Shown here piece by piece: positions 13,201-28,200 of a DNA stretch of 64,000 nt; within the stretch, counting starts at the first letter, position 1, and each line of letters begins with the position of its first letter. Origin of the DNA: Bugula neritina (taxonomy: Eukaryota > Animalia > Bryozoa); assembly GCA_964035545.1 (NCBI GenBank), contig OZ037770.1:9926973-9990972 (forward strand), in the 5' to 3' direction. The notes below the pieces were generated by a model. The model was not told where the DNA came from. It ran no database searches and saw only the letters and a list, made by a program, of their open reading frames with translations. Both the position numbers and the translations under genes were made by a program.

Positions 13201-16200
13201 ATTTGGCTCCTCAAATTTATATCTCTTAAATTCCATTCTTTGAACTGTCTAGTCCACAACTATGGCACAAACATTTGTAAATTCTTGTTTATAATATATT
13301 TTTATTATATATTGTTGGCTTTCATAGTTTTTTGACTTCAGTTTTTCTGGTTTTCAATCTTTAAATATACACGTAGGATACAACCCTCAATACTTACATG
13401 ATATGATACACCAGAATTAATAAACTGAAAGTTCAATCTGACAAAATTATCGAAAAAACAACTTCACTGAGATTAGTTTTGATTTGAAATTTCTCATATT
13501 TTAATTAAAAATTTGCCATGCTTGTAGTTGTCTGTCCAATTACTACTTACTAACTAGGCATAACATTTATTTTCCTGTTCCTAAGAAGAGAAATATTTAA
13601 TAAATTTTTTTTATATATTTTACCTTCAATTAATTTAATGTAACTTGCTCAACTGTAAGTTCGAGCGAAGTACTAATTATTTTTATAAATGAATAAAATA
13701 CTTCATCTTATTGATAACCCTTTTGTCATTCTATGGTAACTGATGGGATAGTAATAGTATTGGATGATTGCCAAGGGCAGATGTAGCTATCATTCATTCT
13801 GATATTGCAGCAGGGGGAGATGAAGGGGACGAAGATCCAATCAATGATCCTGGCTTCCTTGAAACTATCAAAATCACAGTGCTGCAGGTGAGCTAGGTCA
13901 CATGACATCTCACCTGCTAATCTCATTGGCTTGTCACTCATGTCTAGTCTAGTAGATTGGCATTGCATTATGCTGAGTAGTGGCAGTGAATACTGTCTGA
14001 CAACTTTCACTAAGATAAATTCATTCTTCTAGAAAGTTCTTCCATTCTATCCATTTGTTCCCTAGAATACTTTATTTTTAGTATCACTTTTAGTACTATA
14101 TAAAGTTGAATGATTAATATATAAAATAATTACTGTTTATGTACACTTACAGCTCGTATAATTAGTCAGTTCGTGCAATCATCACATTTCCTTTATCAGT
14201 TTTATAACAATCAGATATGCATGGTATAACTTAGTTGCCGCAGTCATTTAAACTTATTAGATAAGATAATCCTATTTTATTTCTCCACTACTATCACGAA
14301 TAAATGTTACTATTGCATGGCGATATCTCTATTAAAAAAAAAACTCAAGCAAGTTTATAGTCGCTATCCCTGTAAGAAAACCCCTGATGGAAGGGGTTTT
14401 TGTTAAAGCAGGCTAAGGACTTATTTAAATAAGGCACAGGAGCAATTATGACTGGATGCTTTTTCTAACATCACCAATGGGCTTTGTCTGGGCTCGAACC
14501 CATGACCTCCGTGCTTACTAGGCAAGCGCTCTAATCCCTAGACCACGGCTGCTTGATATCTCTCTATTAAGTGGTGTATATACTCTCTAGCAAGATGTAG
14601 TCTACCAGCAGCTCATATATGCTCTCTTATGTAATAAGTCTCCACTTTGGCTTAGTGCAATGTCTTTTATATATCTTTGAAATGGTTACTGGAAACTCAT
14701 TCACTACTGCTGTGCAGGTGACTTATTTGCTAGTATAGATGGTCTGTCTAATATATACTTTCTACTGCTTACATTTCTTTTAGCTACATAATATTTGCTT
14801 TATGGTGTCTGTGGTCAGAAATGTTATATAAGTCTTTTTACAGCTTTGCAATTTGTATTTTTCCTTAAAGCCAATAAATTTCTGTTTAAATAACATATAC
14901 TTAATGGATCTTTCTTCTAAACCCTCTTTCCTTTCTTGTATAATTCCAAAAGTTTTGCTATTTCAAAAGAATACAGTTGTACATTTTTATCTTTCCTTAT
15001 TTTTTTTAAACATAAATAAATTAGGTTTTTTATTTCACTGCAAGACACTCAATAATGCCAATACTACTATAAACACACATTCTGTTTGTAGAACATACAC
15101 GTGGAGATTAGTAACATACATATTAGATATGAAGATGATGTGACCAATCCGAGATCACCATTTGCATTTGGAATCACCTTGCAGGAGTTGTCACTGAGAC
15201 CATCTGACAGGCAACAGGGTGACTCATCACCACTGAGCTGTGTAAATAAGGTGAGTCTGCACTTCTAGTCTGCATGATCTAGTCTCTTTATATGGGCCCT
15301 ATATGAAACCTTACATGTAGGCTCTCTTTGTTATGAAAGAGCATGTAAGGGCCTGGCCACACACTCTTGAGAAACACACAAAAGGGGTGGGAATATTTTC
15401 GTGAGTTATTCTACCGTTATTTACCAGCCACACTACAAAACACATAACAAATAGTCTGTGAATGGGTCTTGCAGCAGAAGATTGCCAGACATGAAAACAT
15501 GGTAGAGCTGAAATAATCACTGTTGCTAAAATTCTATTGACTAGTCAAGTGGTGTTTATTGTCAATTACTCTCTTTCGTCTATCGTCTTCAGCGGGTGCA
15601 CCCAGCGAGCACGATTTTGTATGATTTCTCTCAAATTTGATAGTATGTCTTGTGTTTTCGTGTAAAATAGACGATTTTGTGTGATTCTCACGAGTGTGTG
15701 GCTAGGCCTTTAGGCTTCATTTTCTATTTTAAGTTAATAGTATTCCATATTTCAATGATCTCTATCATCAATTAATATATTTAATTTTATACAGTTTACA
15801 TATTCATACATTGTTGTTGGTACTGCATACTCATTTGTAAAACTTGATCCGTTATCATCTATTTACTTGCAAATTTATGTAACCTCGTCTACTGAGAATT
15901 TTTGGCATGCAGTAAACTAAGCGCTGCTCTTTGTTTGTAGTTGTCATTTTTTTAACTGCGCAACATCTTAATTTTATCTACAAAACATGTTTAGCTCACA
16001 GTACTGTTTCCTAATATGTAGGACTTTGTCATACCATGTCTAATGGTAATGTTACAGCTACTCAAACTGAAAGAGTTATGCATTTATTGGAATTGTCTGC
16101 TCAAATCCAAGCAGTTGTTAAAAGACAAAATTGGAGATGGTAGTAAAGACTGGAAGGTAGTTAAAAGTTTATAGCAAACAAAGTAATGAGTGTTCAGAGA

Positions 16201-19200
16201 AGTCTAATTGTCTGGACTTTTGTGTGTTTATTATAATTAGAAAGCTGAATGTGTATGTGCAAATGGTGCAGCATATGTGGTGTGAGTCTGTAGGCATGCC
16301 ATGTGTTATTGATTGTTGTGGTGCCCTTCAAAATAAAAATATTGTTAAATAGCCAGTATTTTATTTTATGCATGTTACACATTATGATGTAAAATATAAC
16401 ATATTTTCTGCCCACCTTTAGTATGGCTATTTTATTTTAATATTTCATACATCATTGATTTATGCTTGAACTGGGTCCAATTCATATTTATTTCCCCATC
16501 AAATGCTTTCCATTGCTTTAAACAGAGGTCTCCCTCAGCTGTCGGCAAAGGCAATGAAAAATCATTTTTCTGTAATAGTGGTTAAGTATCAGTCATTTCG
16601 TCAACGGAAGCTACAAGCAGAAGTAGCAAAATGAGCATTTTATTAATTGCAATATCAATTCATAATTCAATTCATAATTGCTGCAGTGTTAATTTATTCT
16701 CAATAACTGAGCTTCATGCACCTGGGAACTGCGTAACTTTATTGATATACTGTGAATCAGGGAATCAGTAGAATGATATGTATTACAGTATGAGTTGTAC
16801 AGAAGTATTGAGAGTATGGACCTGCTAGGGGCCAAACTGGACTACTGTAAGTTACTACTGTGGTCTTATTAGTTTTGTTATGTATATTTACTGTTAGTTG
16901 TCTTTCACTTATAGATCTGTTTATGAACCTGGAAGCTGTGTAACTGGGCTTAAATAGTAGTAATAATCTGATTGTTATCTTCTAACTGACTAATTTCATA
17001 AAAAATGGTTGCAAGAGTCATCATAGAAATCATAAACATTGTGAGCAATAAAATTTCTTTGCTTTGATTTTTTTGTTTTTTAAATTGGTGTTTTAGCTAA
17101 ATTTGGTCTTCACCTGAAATGAAAATTGTTTGCAACTAACTTATTTGTTACTAATATTATACCATCTAGAATACAGCTGGTAAAGCTGCTATCGCTGTGC
17201 TGAAATGATCCAATAACAGCTCATGCTTTTCATTATATAGAGAAAAATCTTACAAACTATATGAAGTTTGCTAGTTATGTTATATCACATTTTATGATTG
17301 TGTATTCGAATATGCTGTTTTATATTAGACAATATGTTGATATATGACATTATAATATGCTGTTGTATTATTACGACACATTATATTAATACACTACGTT
17401 ATATTATATTATTTAGACATACTAAAGTATGGTTATATTTCTTAGGCAGGAAAAGTGGTAGGCAATTTACAAAACTTTCATGGTCGGCTAGTAGAATCTG
17501 TTAATTATTGATAACCAACTAAACTATGATCTCTTCTCTCTATAGTGGTGGAGCCTGTCAATGGTTCAGCTGATTTGGCGATAAACATCAAGGAGAGGTC
17601 AAGTCAGCCACTTGTCTCCTGTAGAGGTCACTTTGATCACATAATTGTTACGTTCAAACGTCACATGGTAAGTTGTAGCTGTTGGTTTGCACATTTATAG
17701 TTGTGTCTACGTTAGTGTAGTTACTTAAAGTGTATCATATTAGAATGATGTTTTTGAATTAATTTATTATGTTTGTTATTGTTATAGTTTTGGTGTGTTG
17801 AGAGGTGATACTTAGTATGTAGTGTAATAATATGTGACAAGATGGTTGTTGGCTTGTAATTAATTAGATTATACATTTATTATGCACAACTACTATGAAT
17901 ATAAAATGATGACACTGTGAAATCTAGGGACTTACTGTTTAGCAATAACTATACAAGTATTATATTTAGATGCTGACTATGACAATAATAAGGAAACATG
18001 ATCCACATGGATCTACTAATTATAGCTATTAGGTATAGTAAAATATGAACTCTAATTAACATTTATGTAATAGAAAATTATGTAGTATTTGCAAATTAGC
18101 ATAAAAAACCAGTTGTATACTCCCCAAATGTGCACATTTCTGCATTTCATTTAGCATAGTTGGTTTTAATATAACACAAAGCATTCATTGACTGAATGAA
18201 TGGTAAACCATTCTGTATATTTGTAGTTCCTCACTGCCATTGTACTGAAAGATTCATTTGCATTGATGAGGGTGAATGAGAAGTACCGGAAATACCACCC
18301 TGGGGTACCCCTGAGGAGTCACTACAAGGAGTGGTGGCTTTACGCCTACACCAGCATCAAACAGGAAGTTATCAAACCCAAGAAAGAATTCTGGGTCAGA
18401 ATTTGGCAGTATAGGTATTAACTAAAAACTATATTCTGGATACTTATGTTAAGATGTAAAGGAAAAATGCCCACTGCATGGTAAAACTACCTTAATAGCA
18501 TAGCAGTTTGTTAATAGTTTATATAGTAGAAAAATCAATTGAATAGTTTTTTAAAGATTAAAGACAAAAATCTTTATTGCCTGGTACGCAGTTCATTGGT
18601 AGCACCAGAACCTTATCACCTGGTTTGTGGCGTGTCCATCTCCCCCCTTCAACTGTGGAGTTTTCAATAACAAATGGTCTATAAAGCACATATAAAATTT
18701 ATTCCCAATTAAATTTCTAGTTTGAATAGTATTGCATGATAAATTGTAGTCCTACTAGAAATGTGGTAAGTTGACCCACTCTTAGGAGATAACCCATCTA
18801 TTTCCGAAAGCCTTCCTTACCTGGGTTATGATTTGCCAACTCAGTCCAATCCAACTAAATTTATTAATTACATTTTACTATTTTTAGCTGCTTTTTGTTT
18901 TAGTTTTATTTTATTAAATTCTTTTTTCTTAAGCTTTTTGATTATGTTTGCTTCATGGTTTTGGAATATTTACTAATACTATTGGACTCTTGTGTTTAGA
19001 TATTGTCTCTACGGCAACCAATATTATGTAATTATTTTTTAACAAATCATTCAGCTCAGATTTTTGACTTCATAAGAAACCCCCTACTTCTAATTTATGT
19101 TTTAGTCATTGTTTTTAAACTGCATGTGAAAAAAATTTTTTTTTAAAATGAAGTTTAACTTTTTAATATAAAGATCCTTTGATATTAGTATTCTTCTATT

Positions 19201-22200
19201 AATTTTAGTTTCTAATTTTATTAAAATGTCTGCCAAATTTGTCAGATAAATTTCTTAATTCGCATAGAAAAGGATAGGGATGTGAAACTCAATGGTCAAA
19301 TTCAAATCTAAGGCAGCTATTGAGTTATACTAAAGATTTCAAACCTGAATATGTTCCATTTTTCTTTTACCTAATGGCATGTAAAAGCTCAGAGCTCTGT
19401 GCAGGTAGCAACTAACTACTATGTACATGTTAAAGGAAAATGTATAAGAAATACAGAGACCTGTACACGGAAAAACTGCTGTCTCCAAACGCTGCCAACT
19501 CTCAGGCCGTGGATGAACTGGAGCTCTTACTGAACATAGAGAGCATTGTCATGGCTAGAAAGGAGGCGGAGAAAACTGTAAGTCATTTCCTGTCCGATAT
19601 TGAGTAGTAATCAGGATGTAACCCCCCTCATGTGCTCACCACAGTTTTGGACTATCTACAGATGCAGCATGCTAAATAAATATAGATGTCACTTAGGAGT
19701 AGTAGTGGAAAAATTGAGATAGCCCAAGTTCTTTAATTTTATTATTGAGTTTTGGTTTGGGGCGAGGGTTCAAACTCTTGCTACATTTTTAATCTAGAAC
19801 ACAGGCTTTTCTCAATTTCTCCATTACTGCAGCTACCTCATAGATGTGCACTATTACTACATTTTCATGATTGCATTATTCGAATGGATTTTTCATTCGC
19901 CTAATGGGAGCAGTTACATCGAAGGAAACCAAAACCATAAGTTAATGCAAAACGCAACCACAAATTGATCTTTACGTGTTTTATTCGGTTCCACAGAAAA
20001 GCAGTGTATAACTGTCATCCAGTCTTGTCAGTGTGCACCAACTGTGGCCCAGAGAGCTCATTGTTACTTGTGTCATAACAGGAAGTGTAAATGTCGTATT
20101 TACCCTTCCCGTTCAGCTTCTACTGCTTTTCAAACTGCTTACCTGAAATAATTGACACTCGCACTCATACGCTGTATGTGTTTGTTATTTGGTTAACTCT
20201 TCCAGGTGTATAAATTGTAAGTTAATCATGTGTTCAGTGGAACAATATAATATAATACAACATTTGAAAACTTCCTCAGGGGCTACCAGTGTATGACTGT
20301 AAGTAGTCGGTGCATGTGTTTGACTTTCTCTTGCTATGGTTTGACACACTTTGTATTGTACAAATAACCAATAATAATATGTACTGGATTGCTTACCACT
20401 TTACAAGAATTCCTTAAACGCATTAAAGTATGCTTGTGCACTCAATACCACCTGTTTTTATACCCTTCATCCTAATTCCTATCGTAGTTACCTCACCTAA
20501 TGCAGCAACTATTATTGGATATAGTAAGACAGTTGTCTTTTCACTGGTTTGGAACGATAACTCTGATATTAAAAGTTGCGTAAAATAGCCCAGGCATACT
20601 GTGAATGTTTCATAATTAAAATAGGATAAGTAGTTGAGGGTTTCGTGATATGTTGACATTGCCCATCTTGGACTATCATGCTGTACACCCAAAATTTGTT
20701 AGACTAAAACACATTACGGAATAAAATGTTCAGTTATGATTTCATGCGTTTATATTTTCTAAATTTATATTCTGGTAATTGTTTTCTCCTTTCAGTATTT
20801 AGAGAAGAAGCCGGACATGGCGGTGGAGAAGCCTGCAAATGAGGGAATATTTACCAGACTGAGTAACTGGTGGTATGGAGATTCGGATAGTCAGGATGTT
20901 GTGGTTCATGCTAAACGACCTTCAGATTCAAAGGGTTAGTCGTGAAACTACTGTCGGAGAATATAGTTTAAATTTAACTATTCAGTTTGTCAACTGGGCT
21001 TAGTGTAGCACTTTTCATAAGTAAATTAATGTGTGAATGTATAAGTTCTTGATTTTCTAATTTTTTTATGTCACATATTTCTCTCATGAAATGACTCTTT
21101 TTAGTTACTAGCTCTCACTTATGTTGAAAGTTTGATTTATTAATTATTAAAAAAATTTGAAATTTTGTTGGTTTAATGATCAACCAGATTAAAAAACCTT
21201 TGCTTTTGCCATGATTTCTAAGTAGCGCAAATGTTGTACTTTTTATATTGATCACTGTTTAATTTAATAAAAACATCCGCTCGACAAAATTAAAATCTAT
21301 TAGTGGATTTTGTGATATGCTTGTTAAATGGTGTTCTGTTTTTAGACAATTTTCTCACCAGCCTGAGTGAGAGTGACAAGAGAGATTTGTATAAAGCCTT
21401 CAATTACAGCAAAGAAGATTCCTTAGAAACAACAGTCAGTTCAGTAAGTTAGTTCATTAACATCTCGCAGCCAGGTATTGGGTAAAGGTTGACTTCACAC
21501 CGGTCATTTCTATATTTTGATAGCAAAAACGTAACAGCAGGCGCCATTTTGTGACAAGTTTTTTCTTTCAATTAGCAAATCAGAATAGTGATACTGATAG
21601 GCATGGTAAGAGTTCCGATAGAAATAATGAAGAATAACTAAATATGTTTGAAAAAGCCAAACTGCTGTACCTTTTCTCACTCTCTTCACACTAGAGGTGA
21701 CTTGTTGTTAACAATCTACATTCGCAACTTATTTTGACAACTCGCACAAAATAATTAGTACAAGTTCACTCAAAATGAATATTCTATTGGTTGCCAAGAG
21801 TTTTTCTTCATATTAGTTCAAGTTTACGTGGTCCATTTTTTGAACTTTTGAAACAAAAATACTTTCTAAAAGGAAAAAAAGTTAACTTGAGGTCAGGTAG
21901 AACAAGCATTTTGCTGGTCTAATATTTTTCTTATACAAAATCAAGCTTCAGCCTAGCAATTGTTTTCCAAATATTAATTTTGTTGGTCTGGTAAATGTTG
22001 AGAGATTAAAAAAAAATGTGCGTCGGCCGGGAATCGAACCCGGATCTATTGCTTGGAAGGCAACAATGCTAACCTTTACACCACCGACGCCTTCTTATTT
22101 ACATCCACGCTGGTAGCTCAAGATTCGGTCCCCGTCATGCTTAGCCTGTAATTAATCATCTAATAGCTGTCACTTAATTAATAACAGATGGGAGTGTTTT

Positions 22201-25200
22201 CGACAAGTTGCATTAATGCTGCAGTTGTAGAGATATAAGGGTAGGGAAGAAATGCCAAATTTGAAGAGAACCAGATTAGTGTCTCTCATCTTTGAATTAT
22301 GGACTTCCTGCTAACACTCATACAAAAAGCTGCACATTGATAAACTAGTGTAATGTCATTGTTGCTAACAATAGCCCAAAACACATATTCTATACTTTTC
22401 CTTATGTGTGTGGTGTATGTGATTAGGTTTCCAACTTATTTAGACAAAACTATGTTGCAATCAGATTTTTTACAAGAAAGTTTGAGCGCCAAAAGATAAA
22501 TCGAAATCGTGTAGTTGCGAGCCTGCTAAACATGGCTTACTGTTAGATACTTGATCAGTCCTAAATATTTGCACTTTAATATTTCATAATTTTCTAGACC
22601 ATAAGTGATAACTGCACTACAGTAAGTATCTGAATAGCATGTTGTATTGCTTGAAAGCTGTATTAATATTGGTAAAAATATCTTGAAATGCTTATTACCT
22701 TGAAATACCAGTTCTACCACACCCTGTTACCTTGTAGTAATAACCTGATCAGAAATTCATACTCTAGGCATGGGCATCTCATCTGTTGAAATTAAGATCT
22801 TTAATTATATGGGATTTTATTCAATTTTTTAATTCAATTTCTTAACAATTTGATTCTTCTAATTACTTATTATATTGTGTAAACTAAAAACACTTCCTTT
22901 GGGATATTTAAGCATGACTGTAGAGATTTATCAAAGTTGTTCAGTGATGGAATGGCTGATATAAAAGCTTATCTGTTGTTTATAGTGACAAAAATCATTG
23001 TTAGAATGTGTGTTGTGCCTCCCTATGTAAATTTATTCATTTTTTTAAAATGTTGTTTGCTTTATGTCAGAGCTGTGTACAATTAAGGTGCTTTTGGATT
23101 CCCATTTAAAGTAATGATGTAAGAGTAAAATTACTGTAATTATTCAAATATTTGCGCCCTACAAGAACAGTTATGGTGTCCGGCCTGCTGTTACTCCTAC
23201 TCTGAAATCGCCCTCACTGCATGCATTCAACTTATTTACACACACATGTATATATTGAGATGTACGTGTTAATTGTAGACTTACGTGAAGTATGCAGTGG
23301 ACTTTTCATTGGAGGGGATACAGCTAGACCTGCAGATTGATGATCAATATTCGAGATCATTGCATGTGGCCACTCTCTTTGTCTCTAATATAACAGGTCA
23401 GTTCATATATATATAAACTCTACAATGTACACTCTTAAGGCCTGGCCTCATGCTCGTGAGAATTACATGAAATTGTCTATGTGACACGAAAACTCAAACA
23501 TACGATCAAATTTGAGGGAATTCAAACGAAATAGTTTTCGTTGGGTACAGCCAATTAACGCAATTAACGATAAGCACCATTTGATTGGTCAATAGAATCT
23601 TAGCAACAGTAATTATTTCATTTCTACCACGTTTCTCTGTTTGGCAATTTTCTGCTGTTTGTATCTCGTGCAAGACTCATTCACAGACTATTTATTATGT
23701 GTTTCGTCTGACGAGTGTGTGGCTGGTCATAACGAGAGGATAACTCACGAAAATCGTCACCCAATTTCGTGTGATTCTCACGAGTGTGAGGCCAGGCCTT
23801 TAGTTTTATAGCTGAAGCTCCATGTTTATGATTAACAAAATAACACACCGTTTGTTAGAGGTGCCTTATTTATTACACCACCAAAATGGAAGATACAATA
23901 TCAAGGTTACTAAGAGCTTACTTTACATCACAAAGGGGGCTTCATTGGTCTGTACAAGATGTCTGCTTGGTTATATTATATGCAGAATTCTTAGCACATG
24001 TGATCTGAATTTTTTGAGTAAGTGTAGCAGGGGTTATTTGATCTTTCTTGGTAATAATAGAGTTTTCTGCTCTTGCTAAACAATAATAGCCTGAGATATA
24101 TGCTCCTACTAAAAAATAATAGCCTGAGATATATGCTCCTACTAAACAAGCCCATACTGTGTTGACCAGCTAAAGCGTTAAACCCCTTTATTCAGGACAC
24201 CTGGCTATGCGGACACAGGGGAAGAAGTTCACCATAAACGTACAGCACTTGGAGGTGTTCAACTCTTCAGTTCCCCACAACAGAATTACAGTAGCTAGAA
24301 TAGACCACCCGAAGTCTGTCAATCCTAAGGCTACAGGTGGTTATTACTTCATATTTATACTTTGTGCAATAATGAAGTGTAACTCACATTGCTATGTGTT
24401 TTGGTTGTTTAATGTTGTGTTATGTGTTCGATGGTATAAATTAGAAGTTATAAATTATTGTTAATTATTTCTGGCATATTGTATTTACTGATTAAATGTA
24501 TCATATTATATTATTATTGTTAATGATTACCTTTTTTATTGCCAAGACATTTGTATGGAATGTTATGATATATCTTGGCTCGAAACTGTTTCAAGTTTAG
24601 CATGATTAATTAGCATAGAACAAGTCTTAGTAGTTTCTCTCTTTTGGTAACTGGAAAAAGTCTTGGTCAGCCAATGACATTGGGTTAGCTATTTGCTAAT
24701 CTACCAGTAATATAACTCACATTACATTGTCTCCCTGAGTTGGCCTAACATATTCAATATTATTTTGAGAGCAGCAATGTTTTTATGTGTGAGCCGTGTG
24801 TTTAGTCATTGTGCTGTCAATACTGAGTATATACAGTTTAGGCCCTAGACTCTAGGGGTTAGAGTGAACCCCACCAAGGCAATTTATTGTGATGTTAGGA
24901 AGAGCATCCAGTCATAATTGCTCCGGTGCCACATTTAAATAAGTCCTTTAACCTGATTTAACAAAAACCCTTTCCATCAAGGGTTTTTCTCACAGGGATG
25001 GCGACTATAAATTTGTGTTAGGTTTTTTTATAATTTGAAAGATTACTCAAATGTTTGCAGATTCGGACAGACTTTTAACGGTTGCTGTTGAACAGTACCC
25101 ACTGGATATAGAGGCAGATATTTCAATAAAGATACGGACTTTACCAATACGCCTGGTGTATAACCATGTAAGTGTGTAAAACAAGTTTAGCTTTCTGTGC

Positions 25201-28200
25201 GTATGTTTTTAGTTTTACATATATATGTTTTTGCTACTTACCTACACCCATAGGCTTTTTTTGCTGTGAAAAAAACTCTTCTATTTTTTTGGAATTTTAG
25301 ACATTAAATTAAGGTTTTATCTATGCTTTGCAAGTATCTTTTATTGGTTTGAAATGGCTTGTTCATAAATTTATAAATTCTTTGTTTGAAATGGGTCGCT
25401 TACTTGTTCCCTGTGTTGTGTTATACAGACAGTAGCGTGTGCCGTAATGGCATTTTTCTACCTGCGAGAAAAATCTTTGGATATTGGAACTCGCCTGAAA
25501 AATCTGTCACCAGAATTCTCCACGGCTGGCCTGCAGTATGCTATTGACCGTCACAAAGTGAGTCTGTTTCCTCTCCGTTCTGGTTTGCATTGCCACTTGT
25601 TGAGTGTAACTCTTAAGTAAATCTTATGTTATTCAAAGAATAATGTTGTTTACAATTTATTTTAATATATTTGAATACGATCAATCTAAGACAATGTTTT
25701 AATTAATCCAATAATATTTTATTGTTTGATTTTATTCCTAATTATACTACAATAATGCTAAGTACGTTGACATAATAGTAAATTCTAATATTTATTTGGG
25801 TAAGCCAATACTGAATTATTTAATACTTTTATTTTGTTGTTTTTTGTAGAGGATATACGTAGAGGCGGACCTGCATTCACCCTACCTGGTGGTACCTGCA
25901 GATGGTGCCAGTTTCTCTAGTGTCAGGGCATGTAGTAAACTTGTCTTAGACTTGGGTGTACTCAGAGTTCGAACTCAGCTGAGACCGAAGAGCGCTAAAC
26001 TGATGGTTAGTGGAGAATAAAACTTATGGGTTTAATTGTTTTTATTCAACCTCAGCCAGTTTATGAAGAAATTTTAAAGCCTAATAATAAAAGTGATAAT
26101 TGCTGAAAACAAATACTCACTGATTCAACTAGGATTAGGTCACATCTTGAGGAAAGTTTTATCTACCCCAGTTTAGTAAAACTAGGCAGATGGTAGAAGG
26201 TTACACCAGCTAAAAAGCTCTGATACAACCAATAATGATAATAGTAATACTAATAAAGCTTTAATAAAATTCAATGTTAGAACATTGTTTTAAGTTTCAA
26301 GTAGACTGATGTAATTTCTCGAACTAATTTCCTGGTCAATAGTGTTTAAGATAATGTCAGTATTAACACAAATAATATTCATATAATGCTAATAGTCAAT
26401 GAACTTTTTGGTTGTGAGTTTTATAACTTGGTGATGCTTGTAGGAAGACCAGTCTCTCAAAGAACAAGAGGAAGTGATATACGACAAGTACATGTTAAGC
26501 ATCGAACATGTAAAAGTGCTGTTTGCTTCAAAGGGTGGGTTTAAAATGTCGCTTTTAATATTTAGTGTCTGTGAAAAGCAATCATAGTTCGAGTTTCAGT
26601 CCATTAGCATTACTATCATTGAATACATTTAGCAAAACGATTATGTTTATTGTCAGTCAACTGTTGGCTATAAATCAAAGAAACTCATCATTGATGAACT
26701 GCAAAGGAAGCTGTTTATTTCTATATCTGGTGTTACATTCACTGACAAAGTGTTTCTATAATAAATTGCTGTTTGTAGTGGAGTGGGCAGAGAAAAGACA
26801 TCAGCGAGATTCTGACGTACATATCATGCCGTCCCTCAATCTCTCCACGACTGTCAGTCTAAGTGCTGAGCCTAATTTCTCACGGCTACCAAAGTACGTG
26901 TCTACAATACTTATGTACTTAAATTTTGTTGTATAGTGAGTCAAAATATATTTCATATAAACTTGATTACAGAAATGAAGTGAATTTAGGCTCAATAGAT
27001 CACCGTAGTTGTGACATTTCTGTCCACCAGGAGCTGTCCACCATTTCTTATTGGATATTAATTGCTTCTTCTCTCCTTGATACGGAGTTGTCTCTATTCT
27101 AAATGAACATTAATTAGGCTTATGTACAGTAGTAAATGAATTGCCTTGTTGTACAGCAGGTACAAGTGATTTTACTAGTTTCTACCTTTGCTGTTGAAAA
27201 ACGATAAAAAATGACAAATCCAGAGTTGACCAAATGTGTTAAATATGGCCACATTGGTTTCTCCAGCATTGGGCTAATTGGCCACCAATGTGCTTGTGAG
27301 AAAAACTGATATGTTGTGTATTCATTAGCACTTTTGTTCTGCACTTCTTATTAAATACATATTTTGTTTGTGCACTTTTGTTTTTCCTCATGTAGTTCCT
27401 ATGTATACTTTTCTCTCTAATTTTTCTTTAGTTATGAAGCCTTTGTCTTACTTTTGTTGCAAGTTGTGATTTTTTCTACGTATATGTTTAGGAACGCATG
27501 CCTTCGTTTCATCATCTTAATATATTGTATTTTGCAGATTCAAGATAGATAGTAAGATAGAGTCGTTACGACTGAAAGTATCCGATTCACTGATTGAGAC
27601 GATGCTGAAAGATGTATACAAATTTCCACACCCATCCGCTAAAGAATTCTTTGCGACTCATAGTCTAAGTAGTCCAGGTATGTCATCTTGTAGGTAGTTA
27701 TGCGCGCACTATAAATATAAAGTCTCAATAAGTCTACAGCACTGAGTTTTAAGTAGTTATCTTCTCTTGATGGGGCATATAGTCTTCTACCATCTGACAA
27801 TTGTTGCATCGTTATAAAGTTTAAGGCTTGCCAACTCTATTCAGCATAGGCCTACTATGTTGTAGAAATATCTTTCACAATGCTGGATAAAAAAGCTGTT
27901 TGAAAAAATGAATTAAATGTTTCATTTTACGTTATGTAATGCGCTCATATGACTTGTTTGCTGTCCTATATAATATTGTGAAATTTATTATCCTGTTGCA
28001 CATGTCTTTATGCCAGTTAAATTCAATGAACCTCAAGTTTTGCAATCAGATGTAAATACTGATTTCGCAGGGCGCTAAGTTATAGAAAATATTGCATTTT
28101 GGAAGCATTTTTACCTAACCGGTCACTCCATTTCACCAATATATGGTTACTGGCTGCGCTACTTTGTAATGAAAACTATGCTCTATATGAACTGATATAT

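Noticed and set aside
14370-14400. Possible hammerhead ribozyme in the SINE (..cccCTGATGgaagggg..)
   Set aside because: The core reads CTGATGG rather than CTGANGA, and I could not find a properly placed GAAA with three stems; a simple hairpin explains it.
21483-21775. Possible MITE beginning taaaggttgacttc and containing ggcgccattttg
   Set aside because: I could not establish a convincing matching TIR or a second copy in this window.
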